A model generated the notes under the pieces. It did not search any database, had not been told where the DNA came from, and saw only the letters and a program-made list of their open reading frames with translations. A DNA stretch of 64,000 nucleotides from the NCBI GenBank assembly GCA_965222375.1, contig CBDCTZ010000013.1:256001-320000 (forward strand). Direction: 5' to 3'. Positions within the stretch are counted from its first letter, which is position 1. Each line of letters opens with the position of its first letter. Positions 29,697 through 39,995 of the stretch are shown piece after piece. The position numbers were made by a program, and so were the translations under genes. The DNA comes from Polyangiaceae bacterium. GTDB taxonomy: Bacteria > Myxococcota_A > Polyangia > Polyangiales > Polyangiaceae.

Positions 29697-31121
29697 CTAT
29701 TCCTCGCCTAGCTTGCGATAGATGGTGCGAGTCGAGATCCCGAGCAGTTGGGCGGCGAGGGACTTGTCTCCGTCGGTGTAGGCGAGGGTTTCGCGGATCA
29801 GGCGCTGTTCCACTTCCGAAAGGGGCGTTCCCATGGGGAACGACAGGGCCGTCGGTGACGGCGCGCTCGCCTGGGCTACGGCGTCAGGCAAGTCTTCAAC
29901 CCCGAGCACGTCCGAACGGCACAACACCGCAGCGCGCTCTACGACGTTTTCTAGTTCTCGCACGTTGCCGGGCCATGAGTACTCCATGAGCTTGCGCAGA
30001 GCGTCGCGGGAAACGTCCAAGCGGCTGCGGCCGTTCTTCTTGCAGTACACGCCCAGAAAGTGGTCCACCAGTAGTGGAATGTCCTCGCGGCGATTGCGCA
30101 ACGCCGGCGCGGTGACGGCGATGACATTGAGGCGGTAGTACAAGTCCTCGCGAAAACGCCCGGCTTCAACCTCCTGGGACAGGTCGCGATTGGTGGCTGC
30201 CACGATGCGAACGTCTGCCTTGACGGTGTTTCCGCCCACCGGCTCATACTCACCCTCTTGCAGCACTCGGAGGATCTTCACTTGGACCGCCGGGGAAAGT
30301 TCCCCGATCTCGTCCAAGAGCAGCGTTCCCCCAGCGGCCTTGGCGAACCGCCCCTCGCGCCGACCAACAGCTCCCGTGAACGCGCCTCGCTCGTGGCCGA
30401 AGAGCTCCGCCTCCAAAATGCTCTCGGGAATGGCCGCGCAATTGACCGCGACGAACGGCCCCGCGGCACGAGAGCTCTTGCTGTGAATGTAGCGAGCGAT
30501 GAGCTCTTTACCGGTCCCGCTCTCACCGAGAATCAGGACCGTGGCCGTCGAGGGCGCGGCTTGGTTCGCAACGTCCAGCACGTGACGCAGCGCCGCGCTC
30601 TGGCCAATGATTTCCCTGGCCGTGAGCAGCTTGAGTTCTTCTTTCAGGGAGCGGTTCTCCGCGAGCAGCGACTGCCGCTCCGCCGCCTTGCGCACGGTCT
30701 TCACGATGGTCATGCGCTTCAGGGGCTTTTCGACGAAGTCGTAGGCGCCTTCGCGCATTGCCTGCACCGCGGTTTCAACGGTGCCGTAGGCCGTCATCAA
30801 CACGACCTCGGTATCCGGCGAGACCTCTTTGGTCGCGCGCAGAAGCTCCACACCGTTGATACCGGGCATCATCAAGTCTGTCAGCACGACCTGCACTCGA
30901 TGCTTGCGCACGGCTTCCAACGCAGGCTTGGCGCTCTCGGCAGTGAGCACTCGCATGCCCTCACGCATGAAGATCTTGCGCAGGCTTTCGACGTTGCTGG
31001 GCTCGTCATCAACCACGAGCACGGTCACGGCGTCAGCGGGTGGTGGCACGGGAGTCACGTCCCGAACCAGGGATTGCGCCGTGGACGAATTGTCGGCGGA
31101 CCCAGACAATGTGTCATGCAT
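29697..31121 (-). CDS. NtrC/AtoC-family sigma54-dependent response regulator (REC-AAA+-HTH)
   Basis: VLVVDDE, TDLMMPG, GESGTGKE, GAFTGA, LDEIGE, WPGNVRELEN, AAQLLGISTRTIYRKL; exact start uncertain. Confidence 0.95.
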   Translation of the reverse strand: MHDTLSGSADNSSTAQSLVRDVTPVPPPADAVTVLVVDDEPSNVESLRKIFMREGMRVLTAESAKPALEAVRKHRVQVVLTDLMMPGINGVELLRATKEVSPDTEVVLMTAYGTVETAVQAMREGAYDFVEKPLKRMTIVKTVRKAAERQSLLAENRSLKEELKLLTAREIIGQSAALRHVLDVANQAAPSTATVLILGESGTGKELIARYIHSKSSRAAGPFVAVNCAAIPESILEAELFGHERGAFTGAVGRREGRFAKAAGGTLLLDEIGELSPAVQVKILRVLQEGEYEPVGGNTVKADVRIVAATNRDLSQEVEAGRFREDLYYRLNVIAVTAPALRNRREDIPLLVDHFLGVYCKKNGRSRLDVSRDALRKLMEYSWPGNVRELENVVERAAVLCRSDVLGVEDLPDAVAQASAPSPTALSFPMGTPLSEVEQRLIRETLAYTDGDKSLAAQLLGISTRTIYRKLGEE

Positions 31122-31205
31122 TCAGCCAATATGTCGCACGATCGACAACAAGGCAAACGATCATGTATTTGCGTATAATTTCAGCTATTTGTGGTGTCGA
31201 CCGAG

Positions 31206-31634
31206 TCACATCACGAGCCAGCGTCGGAGCGTGCGCCGGAGATCCACCCGCAGTTCGACCTGAGCCAAGCGGTCGCCTGCGTCGTCCAGGAGCTCGCCAA
31301 CGAAACGGCTGAAGGAGAAGACTGGAGTGCGTAGCGCAGCATGGCGACGCAGAAGAAGGCGGAGCTTTCGACCATCATCAGCGGCGAAGCTCAATTGATA
31401 GGCCCCGGCTCCGGTCGAGAAGCGGCGCAGGTCCACCTGACCGCTTACGGGCTGCTGCGTCGCGAGACCATCAGCGAAGACACTGCCGGTCACCGAAAGC
31501 GGCTTGCCAGACAGGGCACCAAAGGGCTTCGCGGGTTTCGCATCGAGCTTCACTTCCAGGGCCAGCTCGCGGACGTCACCCTCCGGGCGATAGCTGCCGA
31601 CCAAGGTCTGTTCGAAAGGGAGACTGCGAATCAT
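31206..31634 (-). CDS. hypothetical protein
   Basis: ATG 31634 overlaps ferredoxin stop (ATGA); 142 aa MIRSLPFEQTLVGSY... Confidence 0.65.
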   Translation of the reverse strand: MIRSLPFEQTLVGSYRPEGDVRELALEVKLDAKPAKPFGALSGKPLSVTGSVFADGLATQQPVSGQVDLRRFSTGAGAYQLSFAADDGRKLRLLLRRHAALRTPVFSFSRFVGELLDDAGDRLAQVELRVDLRRTLRRWLVM

Positions 31635-31984
31635 GAGCGCGGTTTCTGCAGCTTGGGTTCGGTGAAGTCCGAATCCTTCAACAACAACCGCTGGACTCGC
31701 TGCCCCTTTTCCAAAGCGTCGACGATTTCTTCCAGATCCGACTCTTGTACATTTCCGTAAAAGTAGTTGTCGGGTTCGACCGCGATCGTCGGCCCTACCC
31801 AGCAGGTATCCAGACAGCTGGAGGTGCATGCACGCACTTCCGCCTGGCTGAGCCCTCTTTCTGTGAGCATCTCCTTCAGCTTGGCGTGCAGCTCCACGCT
31901 CCCGCGAGCGGCACAGGAACCCTTGGGCGCTCCGTCGGGCCGACGATTCGCGCACACGAATAGGTACCGCTTGCGTTTGGCCAT
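31631..31984 (-). CDS. thioredoxin-like [2Fe-2S] ferredoxin
   Basis: LFVCANRR...GSCAARGS...SSCLDTCWVGPTIAVEPDNYFYG. Confidence 0.92.
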   Translation of the reverse strand: MAKRKRYLFVCANRRPDGAPKGSCAARGSVELHAKLKEMLTERGLSQAEVRACTSSCLDTCWVGPTIAVEPDNYFYGNVQESDLEEIVDALEKGQRVQRLLLKDSDFTEPKLQKPRS

Positions 31985-32024
31985 TACAGAAAGTTAACCA
32001 CGCACTCGCCCCTGGGAAAGGCCC

Positions 32025-33317
32025 TCATGCGCCGGCCGCCTCCACGCTTTGTCGGACGATGCAGAGCAACTCGTCCAGGTCCGCGTCCGGGATGTTGAGG
32101 GATGGGGCGACGTAGACCACATTACCGAGGGGGCGCAGGTAGGCGCCGCGCTCCAGTGCAGCTTCGTAGACGCGCCAACCCGACTTGTCCAGGTAGCCAT
32201 CGCCGCCGGCCAAATCCAGGGCGCCGATCATCCCCAAGCTCCGCACACGGCTGACCCCGGGCAGTTCTTTCATGTCTTCGAAGGCTTTGCGGATGCGCTT
32301 TGCTTTGGCGGTCGCGTGTTCGAGCACTTGCTCTTCGCGAAATATCTTGAGCACTTCCGTAGCTATCGCAGCGCCGAGCGGGTTGCCGGTGAAGGTGTGA
32401 CCGTAGAAGAAGGCGCGCTCTGGATCTCCCAGGAATCCGTCGAAGATACGCTTGCTGGCAAAGGTGGCGGCCATGGGGAACATACCTCCAGAAAACCCCT
32501 TGGCAGTGCACATGACGTCTGGAGTGACTCCCGCATGCTGATGCGCCCACATCGGCCCAGTGCGCCCGTAGCCCGCGAACACTTCATCGAAAACCAAGAT
32601 GATACCGTGTTCATCTGCGAGCTTCCGCACGCGTCGCAGGTATTCTGGGTCGTACACGCGCATGCCCGCCGCCCCCTGCACCATGGGCTCCAGCACAATC
32701 GCTGCAATCTCGCTCCAACGATCCGCAACAAGGGAATCAATGGCTGCGAAGGCACGCTCAAAGCCATCACTGGCACTCGGCACGTGCACGCAATCCAAGA
32801 GCACCGAGGCAAAGGGACGGCGAAACACCTCGACCCCTGCCAGCGCACTGACCCCGAGGGTTTCGCCGTGGAACGCGCCATCCAGAGCGATGAAACGCTT
32901 CCGTTCGGGCGCGCCGTTCTGCGCGAAGTACTGCAGTGCAAGCTTCATCGCGACTTCCACGGCGGTCGAACCGTCGTCACTGAAGAAGTAGTGGGGCAAC
33001 GCTGGCGGCACTACCTCTGCCAACTCTGCGGACAACTCCGCAATGGGCGGGTGTGTGATTCCCGCGAGAGCTGTGTGGCACAGAACCTCCGACTGGGTTC
33101 GGAGCCTCTCGAGCAGGCGCGGATGTCCGTGCCCGAGCACAGCTGTCCACCAGGAGGCATTGCCATCAATGAAGCAGCGCCCATCAGCATCGTGCAGCCG
33201 ACTTCCCGCAGCTCGAGTGATGACCAGGGGATGCTGCTGGTCGATGTACTGCTGCATCGCCGTGTAGGGATGCCAAATGTGGCGCTTGTCCAGCTGAATG
33301 ATATCTTGTCTTTTCAC
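32025..33317 (-). CDS. bioA: adenosylmethionine-8-amino-7-oxononanoate aminotransferase
   Basis: HIWHPYT, SWWTAVLGH, SDDGSTAVEVAMK, FHGET, FDEV..GYGRTG, AKGFSGG, GHTFTGNP, LRPLGNVVY. Confidence 0.93.
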   Translation of the reverse strand: MKRQDIIQLDKRHIWHPYTAMQQYIDQQHPLVITRAAGSRLHDADGRCFIDGNASWWTAVLGHGHPRLLERLRTQSEVLCHTALAGITHPPIAELSAELAEVVPPALPHYFFSDDGSTAVEVAMKLALQYFAQNGAPERKRFIALDGAFHGETLGVSALAGVEVFRRPFASVLLDCVHVPSASDGFERAFAAIDSLVADRWSEIAAIVLEPMVQGAAGMRVYDPEYLRRVRKLADEHGIILVFDEVFAGYGRTGPMWAHQHAGVTPDVMCTAKGFSGGMFPMAATFASKRIFDGFLGDPERAFFYGHTFTGNPLGAAIATEVLKIFREEQVLEHATAKAKRIRKAFEDMKELPGVSRVRSLGMIGALDLAGGDGYLDKSGWRVYEAALERGAYLRPLGNVVYVAPSLNIPDADLDELLCIVRQSVEAAGA

Positions 33318-34804
33318 GCCACACTCGTTTCTTGGTCACCAGCGTCTTGGTCGCTGCACGAAAGTCGTAAGGTTACTCGCGTTCCCACCCCGGGTTCGCT
33401 GTCGATGCTCAGAGAACCACCGTGGGCTTCGGTGATGCGTCGCACGATGGGTAGTCCTAGCCCGGTGCCACTCGGGCGGGTGGTGAAGAAGGGGTCCAGT
33501 GCCCGCTCAAGTACATCCGGAGTCATGCCCTGGCCCGTATCCGTAAACTCCACCTTGGCCAGTTCTCCATCGGGGCCCGTCTCTCGATCAATGACAATGT
33601 GCACGTCCCCACCGCCAGGCATGGACTGACACGCGTTTTCAACGAGGTTGTCCATCGCTTGGCGCAGCAGGTTTGGATCGGCTTGAACATGCGTCGGCGC
33701 CCCGTCTCGGCGGCTCACGATGACGCGGTGCTCCTGGGCTAGAGAGCTCGTCTTTTCAGCAAGGTCTACCAGAGATGCAGAAACCTTTTTGACCGCCACG
33801 GGCCGAGCGAACCGTAGCAGGTCGTCGGTCAGGCGATTCAGGCGAGCAGTTTCTTCATCCACGATCTCCAGTAGAGTCAATCGGTCTTGGGGTCCGACGC
33901 TCTCGCGGCGCAACCCTGCAACCGCATTCATGATAATGGCGAGGGGGTTGCGCACTTCATGGGCAATGGCGGCCGCTAGCTCACCAACGATCGCCAGCTC
34001 TTTGGACTTTTCCAATTCGACCTGGACGACTTCGAGTTCCGCGTAGCTATCCCACAGCTCGCCAGTGGTTCGCTCGAGATCCGTCGCCGTCTGCTCGAGC
34101 GCACCCGCCGTCCGCCCGTAGCGATACAGCAAGGTCGATGCGAATCCGAAAGCGTAGACCATGAAGGCGTGGGGCAGCAGGTACATGGTGTTGGTCGTCA
34201 AATCCGCCGCCAGCGCCACGTCGTTGATTGCGGCGAGAGTGACGACGCTCACGCCAAGCAGCGGAGTCAACGCCTCACGCCGCCCAGCACGTTGGGCGCT
34301 GTAGATGAGCACGGCCGCGGTAACGAGCGATAGCCCCACGACCGGGTAGAACAACGCGCCCAGCCAAGTTGGCGTCGCCACGTGATAGCGCAAAGTCAAG
34401 CCGAGCACGTAGCTAACCTGAGTCCGAGCAGAACCGGGCTCCCACCACAGATCGGCGGCCAACACGATCGCGAAGACGATCGCGAGGGGGTACGCGATGC
34501 GCAGTATGCGATGCGTGTATGGCGAGTGCACGAAGCGTACGACGAAATGGATGTTGAGTACGCAGGCGGCAATGCCACCAGCGTGGGCAAGACCGAGGAT
34601 CCGCAAGGCTTCCGTAGGATCGGATTCGGCGTACGTCCACGCCACTGCCGCGGACATTGCGGCAAGCGCGAGGGATAGCAGGGCAAAGCTAAGATAGTCG
34701 CGCTCACGCCGGCCAAGGGCGTAGGCCAATACAAAAAATGCGCCGTTGGCGACCTGCGCAATGGCCCAGGCAGACAGAAGCCCGACCAAAAACGGTGAGG
34801 TCAC
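33314..34804 (-). CDS. membrane-bound sensor histidine kinase (multi-TM input)
   Basis: ~7 TM N-terminus, AHEVRNPL H-box, NLVENA, DTGQG, PFFTT, GTGLGL. Confidence 0.93.
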   Translation of the reverse strand: MTSPFLVGLLSAWAIAQVANGAFFVLAYALGRRERDYLSFALLSLALAAMSAAVAWTYAESDPTEALRILGLAHAGGIAACVLNIHFVVRFVHSPYTHRILRIAYPLAIVFAIVLAADLWWEPGSARTQVSYVLGLTLRYHVATPTWLGALFYPVVGLSLVTAAVLIYSAQRAGRREALTPLLGVSVVTLAAINDVALAADLTTNTMYLLPHAFMVYAFGFASTLLYRYGRTAGALEQTATDLERTTGELWDSYAELEVVQVELEKSKELAIVGELAAAIAHEVRNPLAIIMNAVAGLRRESVGPQDRLTLLEIVDEETARLNRLTDDLLRFARPVAVKKVSASLVDLAEKTSSLAQEHRVIVSRRDGAPTHVQADPNLLRQAMDNLVENACQSMPGGGDVHIVIDRETGPDGELAKVEFTDTGQGMTPDVLERALDPFFTTRPSGTGLGLPIVRRITEAHGGSLSIDSEPGVGTRVTLRLSCSDQDAGDQETSVA

Positions 34805-35643
34805 TCCGTCTTCCCCACCGGGGCGTCGCGATTGACGACGATAGTCCGCTGGGTTTTCGCCAGGCTAACCCCGGCGGGGCTGACAATCTCGACATCGATG
34901 CGATAGTCACCACTCGCCAGATCCGGGATTCTGACGGGAGACACAGCACCCAACGACAACACACCACTTCGGCCGCCGCCTTGAACCCGGATCCGGAAAC
35001 CATCTGCGGCGAGCCCACTCTCGGGCATGTGAAACGCCGCTGCGTGCAGAACGACCTGTGCGTCCTTGCCGTTGTAGGTGCCACCGGGTTGAAACATGAC
35101 CAGATGCGGCCCCGGCGCACTGCGCTCCTCCCGTTTTTCCACCCAGAAGCGCAGGGCTGCAGCGGGCTGGCGCGACCTGGCCGCAGCGGGCGCGTAGGGC
35201 ACTTGATCCTCGGGCACTAGGGTTGCGGATAGCCAGTGAGGCCCAGGGCTCAGTTCCTGATCGGCTGGTACCAGCTCGGCCAGGCCGATGCTGTCGTCCT
35301 GTTCTCGAACTAGCCGGGGACGGTGCTGGTCCAAAGCGACCCATAGCTGGCCGGCGCCCGCCTTCTTGAGGCGAACCCGGTAACCCGCCGTCTTCTTCAT
35401 GCGTATCCGCTGCTCCGCGATAGGAAAACGGATCTCGACGAAGCCGCCGGTATTGTCCCGGGGTGTGAGCGGCTCTAGTCGGATCGGTTTCGGCGGGCGA
35501 GCCGCGGGGTCCTCCGCTTGGCTGACCGGCGTGGTGGCGGCGGCGGGCGGCGACGGCTGGACCTGAGCGGGCGCCTCAGGCTTCGGGCCGGGATGTTGGC
35601 ACGCGACGTTAGCCGCGACAAGTGCAAGAGGGAGCAGCCGCAC
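34801..35643 (-). CDS. hypothetical lipoprotein
   Basis: 3' part of ORF 34801..37080; VRLLPLALVAANVAC lipobox-like signal, Pro/Ala linker, beta-rich body; stop overlaps kinase start. Confidence 0.65.
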   Translation of the reverse strand: MRLLPLALVAANVACQHPGPKPEAPAQVQPSPPAAATTPVSQAEDPAARPPKPIRLEPLTPRDNTGGFVEIRFPIAEQRIRMKKTAGYRVRLKKAGAGQLWVALDQHRPRLVREQDDSIGLAELVPADQELSPGPHWLSATLVPEDQVPYAPAAARSRQPAAALRFWVEKREERSAPGPHLVMFQPGGTYNGKDAQVVLHAAAFHMPESGLAADGFRIRVQGGGRSGVLSLGAVSPVRIPDLASGDYRIDVEIVSPAGVSLAKTQRTIVVNRDAPVGKTE

Positions 35644-35784
35644 ACCGCCGACGCTAGTCGATTGCGCCACCCAAAACCAGTCGCGCTGCGCCCCTGTGCC
35701 GCGTTCCGCCAAGTACTGAAACGAGCAATGAAAATCGCGTCCAGACGCTGGAGGCCCGGCGGGCGATCTGTTAGCGACAAGTGG

Positions 35785-37686
35785 ATGTCCTATGTAGTGC
35801 TCGCCCGCAAGTGGCGCCCCATGTCCTTCGAAGACTTGGTTGGCCAAGACCACGTAGCGAAAACGTTGGAGAACGCTATCAAGAGCGACCGCGTCGCACA
35901 CGCATTCCTTTTCACCGGCGTTCGCGGAGTGGGCAAGACTACGAGCGCCCGCATCCTCGCCAAGGCTCTCAACTGCGTGCGAGAGGATGGTGACCAAGGT
36001 GGACCAGACCCCGGGCCCACCGCCCAGCCTTGCCTGAAGTGTCGGCCTTGCATCGAGATCACGAATGGGACCGACGTGGACGTGCGAGAAATCGACGGCG
36101 CCAGCTACAATGGCGTTGACGAGGTGCGCAAGCTCCAGGAGCAGTTGCCCTACCGTCCCGCGCGAGATCGCTACAAGATCTACATCGTCGATGAAGTCCA
36201 CATGCTCAGCCAGAGCGCTTGGAATGCGTTTCTGAAGACCTTGGAGGAACCCCCGGACCACGTGAAGTTCATCTTCGCGACTACCGAGGTACACAAGGTC
36301 CCGATCACGATTCTCAGCCGCGTGCAGCGCTTCGACTTCAAGTTGATCCCCACGCAATTGATCGCCACTCGTCTCAAACACGTCTTGGAGAGCGAGAAGA
36401 TCAGCGCGGACGACACCGCCATTCAAATCTTGGCGCGGGAAGCGGCGGGCAGCATGCGGGACGCGATGAGCCTGATGGACCAGGTGATCGCTTGGGGCGG
36501 CGAGCAGCTCACGGGCCAAGACGTCGCACGAGTGCTGGGCGTTGCGAGTCACCAAGTGCTCCACGACATTGCGGGCGCATTGGTCAAAGGCGAGGCTGAA
36601 AGCTGTTTGTCGGTGGTAGCGGATCTCTCCGGTCAGGGCTTCGACATGGCCCATGTCGCCCGGGACCTGTTGGCGCTGCTGCGCGACTTGGTCGTCGCAA
36701 AGGTGTGCTCCACTCCCAAGGACTTGCTCGCTCTTTCCGACGATGAAGTTACCGACGTGCTCGCCCTTGCATCCAACACGGACGCAGACGACCTGCTGCG
36801 GCTGCACCAAGGGTTCTCCGCTGGCTTCGACGACGTCGTTCGAAGTGGCCAGCCGCGCGCCGCCCTCGAGATGTTGTTGGTTCGGCTTTCTCGCCGACCC
36901 GCGCTGGTGCCCATAGACGACCTGGTATCGCGACTGGCCGGGCTCGAACGTCGCCTCAGCGGAGCCTCCCGAGGCGCGCCGGTTCGAGGTGGCGGCGCGC
37001 CACCACCTCAGTCCAAGGAGCGTGCACGCCCCCGGGCCCGCGAGCCGCGCTCGGAGTCGACGCCCCGGGGCGAGCGACAAGAGGACCCTCCAAAAGCCCC
37101 TGCCTCGCCGCCCCCATCCGCCTCAGGACCGACTGCTGAACTAGCTCGCCCTCCGCAGCCAGAAGCTCCCGCCCCGACTGCGCCCGCGCCTCGACGCGCC
37201 CCGGCTCCGCCTGCCGCAACCCTGCAATCCACTCCACCCGAGCCCGTGGGTCCCACGGAAGGGCCCCAAGCCGATGACGTGCCCTCGCCGATCGCCAAAT
37301 GGGTGCACATCCTCGATGACCTCGCGGAAACGAATCCGGAGGTCACGGCGGTTCTCGAGCACGCAGCCCTGCTCGAGCTGTCCGATACCAACATTCGCCT
37401 CGGCTACGAACCTGGAAGCGTTTTTTCGAAGCAGGCTTCCGCGAAAGAGACCCAGGAGCTGCTTGGCAAGTCCTTGCGTCGGACTCTGGGCAAGGAGCTG
37501 CACATCGCCATCGAGCTGGAATGCCAAGCTGCGGCGGACTCCGACACGGTTCATGCCCAGCAAGAACGTCGGCGCCAAGCGGCAACCCAGGAGGCGATGA
37601 ACGCAGCGCGCAAGCACCCAGCAGTGGTCTCCGCCATCGAAATCCTCGGTGCGCGGATCAAAGATCTGAAGCTCACGGGCGCCTGA
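35785..37686 (+). CDS. dnaX: DNA polymerase III subunit gamma/tau
   Basis: MSYVVLARKWRP, GVRGVGKTT, EIDGAS, DEVHML, LKTLEEPP, TILSRVQRF, GSMRDA. Confidence 0.97.
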   Translation: MSYVVLARKWRPMSFEDLVGQDHVAKTLENAIKSDRVAHAFLFTGVRGVGKTTSARILAKALNCVREDGDQGGPDPGPTAQPCLKCRPCIEITNGTDVDVREIDGASYNGVDEVRKLQEQLPYRPARDRYKIYIVDEVHMLSQSAWNAFLKTLEEPPDHVKFIFATTEVHKVPITILSRVQRFDFKLIPTQLIATRLKHVLESEKISADDTAIQILAREAAGSMRDAMSLMDQVIAWGGEQLTGQDVARVLGVASHQVLHDIAGALVKGEAESCLSVVADLSGQGFDMAHVARDLLALLRDLVVAKVCSTPKDLLALSDDEVTDVLALASNTDADDLLRLHQGFSAGFDDVVRSGQPRAALEMLLVRLSRRPALVPIDDLVSRLAGLERRLSGASRGAPVRGGGAPPPQSKERARPRAREPRSESTPRGERQEDPPKAPASPPPSASGPTAELARPPQPEAPAPTAPAPRRAPAPPAATLQSTPPEPVGPTEGPQADDVPSPIAKWVHILDDLAETNPEVTAVLEHAALLELSDTNIRLGYEPGSVFSKQASAKETQELLGKSLRRTLGKELHIAIELECQAAADSDTVHAQQERRRQAATQEAMNAARKHPAVVSAIEILGARIKDLKLTGA

Positions 37687-37727
37687 GGCTTGCGCAAGCG
37701 CTCCCTGCGGGGGACAGTCCTTTCGCC

Positions 37728-38345
37728 GTGATTCCCGAACCTATAAGTCGCATTGTCTCCCTGCTCAGCCACCTCCCGGGCGTAGGGGAGAAATCCGCGC
37801 AGCGCTTTGCCCTACACCTCGCGTTTGCCGGCCCCGAGCTATCCCAGGAACTGAGCCGCGCCCTGGCTGAGCTTCACGAGTTGGTGCAGCCCTGTGGCCA
37901 ATGCAACAATTTGGCGGAGCGAACTGAAGATGGCCAGGTGCTGTGCGCGATCTGTCGAGACACACGAAGAGACGACGCATTGCTTTGCATCGTAGCGAAG
38001 GTCCAAGACCTGTTCGCGATTGAGCGCAGCGGCGCGATGCGCGGCCGCTACTACGTGTTGGGCAAGCTACTTTCGCCGTTGGATGGCGTCGGCCCCGACG
38101 AGCTGCCCCTCAGCACCTTGGGCGATCGCGTCAAAAACGGGGGCGTGCAGGAAGTCATCATCGCCACGCCCCCTTCCGTCGACGGCGAAGCCACGGCCCT
38201 GTATCTGGCGCGGGAACTGTCGGCGTTGGGCGCGCGAGTCAGCCGTATCGCCAGTGGGGTTCCCCACGGCGGAGATCTGGAATTTGCCGACCAAGTGACC
38301 CTGGGCCGAGCGATAGACGGGCGCCGATCCGTCGACGTCTCCTGA
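37728..38345 (+). CDS. recR: recombination mediator RecR
   Basis: LPGVGEKSAQR HhH, CxxC...CxxC, SPLDGVGP, DGEATALY, GGDLEFAD; GTG start 37728. Confidence 0.96.
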   Translation: MIPEPISRIVSLLSHLPGVGEKSAQRFALHLAFAGPELSQELSRALAELHELVQPCGQCNNLAERTEDGQVLCAICRDTRRDDALLCIVAKVQDLFAIERSGAMRGRYYVLGKLLSPLDGVGPDELPLSTLGDRVKNGGVQEVIIATPPSVDGEATALYLARELSALGARVSRIASGVPHGGDLEFADQVTLGRAIDGRRSVDVS

Positions 38346-38398
38346 TCCGCACCCACGGGATTGATCCTGGGCCGCGGTGAGGTCATAACTCGCGCCCC

Positions 38399-38785
38399 AT
38401 GACCCGACGCGCGATCAAGACCAAAGAGGCTCCGGCAGCCATTGGCCCATACAACCAAGCGGTTCAATCCGGGGGCTTCGTCTTCTTGAGCGGGCAGATC
38501 CCTCTCGACCCACAAACCGGGCAGCTCGTGAGCTCGACGATCGAAGAGGAAACCCACCGCGTGATGAAAAATCTCGGCGCCGTTCTGCGCGCTGCGGGGG
38601 TCGACTTCGAACAAGTGGTCAAAACGACGATCTACCTGACGGATATGAACGACTTCGCCAAGGTCAATGGCGCCTACGCAACCTACTTCGACGCACAACC
38701 GCCCGCCCGAGCAACGGTTCAAGTGTCTGCGCTGCCGAAGGGCGTCCGCGTCGAGATTGATGCGATCGCCGAAGCTGCGGAGTGA
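38399..38785 (+). CDS. ridA: RidA/YjgF/UK114 reactive-intermediate deaminase
   Basis: APAAIGPYNQAV, SGQIPLDP, PPARATVQVSALPKGVRVEID. Confidence 0.95.
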   Translation: MTRRAIKTKEAPAAIGPYNQAVQSGGFVFLSGQIPLDPQTGQLVSSTIEEETHRVMKNLGAVLRAAGVDFEQVVKTTIYLTDMNDFAKVNGAYATYFDAQPPARATVQVSALPKGVRVEIDAIAEAAE

Positions 38786-38807
38786 GTGAGCTGAGAGGAG
38801 AATCAGG

Positions 38808-39980
38808 ATGAGCTCGACACAAGACTTTCCCAAGAACGAACTATCCGTCAGCGCCGATGGCGCGCTGGCCGCATTGGGACGGTTTCCGGAGCAAGGCGTT
38901 CAGCTCGTGGAGGCCTGGGTGAAGAACAACAACGCCGCTGCCGTGGCGGAAGCGGCGGATCGAGCCGCAGGCCCGGTACGCAAGGCCGCCCGACGCGGAC
39001 TGAACGTACTTCGCTCCCGTGGCGTAGCCGTGCCCGACAAGGGTCGAGTCGCGAAGCTAGCCAGCTCGAGCGAGCCGGAGACGACCGAAGCCTGGATGCT
39101 CGCACCGGACACCGCCGGCAACGTGCTGCTCGTAATTGCCTCCCGCTCGAGGACCAGCCGCTACAAGGCTGCCTTCTTCTTCGTCCATGACGTTCAGGGC
39201 GTGCAACGAGTCGAAGTTTCCGAGCTCAGTCACTCGGGGCTGAAGAAGTCCATCGCCCGCGTCTTGCCCAACGCTCACTACAAGCCGGTCTCCGTGCCCG
39301 TCGAGTGGGCGCGCCATCGCATAGCATGCGCCAAAGCCGCTCACAGCGAAACGACCAAGCCCCTGCCGCTGGGCCTGGATAGCGCCAGCGCCTTGTTGGA
39401 GCCCATGCCCGAGAAGGCTCCGGAGCACCCCTTCGACTCCGAGGGCCTGGAACTCTCCGAGGACGACGCCCAGGAACTTGGTATGGATTCGGCGAAGCTA
39501 CATGCGTTGCCGGAGTTTTCGGGTTGGTTTCCACCGGGGGAAGCCGTGGACGAGCTGCTCAAGCAGCTGGGCGAGAACATGCAGGTCGCGCCCGGTGAGG
39601 AGCCAGACGCCGAGAAAATACAGACGGCGTTGGAAGCGGAGATCAAGGCCGCGACAGATCGCTACTACTCTCCCCAGGTTCGAGAGCAACTCACGCACGC
39701 CATGAAGGACAGCGTGCTCAGCGTCCTTGTGAGGGATGGCGAGCAAACCGCCCTCGAAGTGGTAGCGGCAATGGGATGTATCGAGCGCCGAGGGCTGATC
39801 ACGGATCCCCCCCACGAAGTTGGGTTCCTTAAGGGTTTCTTCGACAAGGCTGTGAGCTACCTGTTGGCTCGCGGCGGCGGCAGCTTGCGCATTCCTATGC
39901 CTGCCCGACCGCCCCAAGAAACCGCCGAACCCGCCGCGTTGGATACCCAAGCAGACGTCACTGAAAGCGCCGGGGACTGA
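38808..39980 (+). CDS. hypothetical protein
   Basis: 390-aa ORF with GAGGAG RBS, co-oriented after ridA. Confidence 0.8.
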   Translation: MSSTQDFPKNELSVSADGALAALGRFPEQGVQLVEAWVKNNNAAAVAEAADRAAGPVRKAARRGLNVLRSRGVAVPDKGRVAKLASSSEPETTEAWMLAPDTAGNVLLVIASRSRTSRYKAAFFFVHDVQGVQRVEVSELSHSGLKKSIARVLPNAHYKPVSVPVEWARHRIACAKAAHSETTKPLPLGLDSASALLEPMPEKAPEHPFDSEGLELSEDDAQELGMDSAKLHALPEFSGWFPPGEAVDELLKQLGENMQVAPGEEPDAEKIQTALEAEIKAATDRYYSPQVREQLTHAMKDSVLSVLVRDGEQTALEVVAAMGCIERRGLITDPPHEVGFLKGFFDKAVSYLLARGGGSLRIPMPARPPQETAEPAALDTQADVTESAGD

Positions 39981-39995
39981 CGCACCGCCGCGAGC

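Noticed and set aside
32049..33629. 526-aa plus-strand ORF
   Set aside because: Antisense shadow of bioA and the kinase
35644..37080. 5' part of the 759-aa minus-strand ORF
   Set aside because: Antisense to dnaX; only the 3' lipoprotein portion is credible
35785..37686. dnaX -1 frameshift/slippage signal for gamma subunit
   Set aside because: No A AAA AAG or long A/T run seen in the gene
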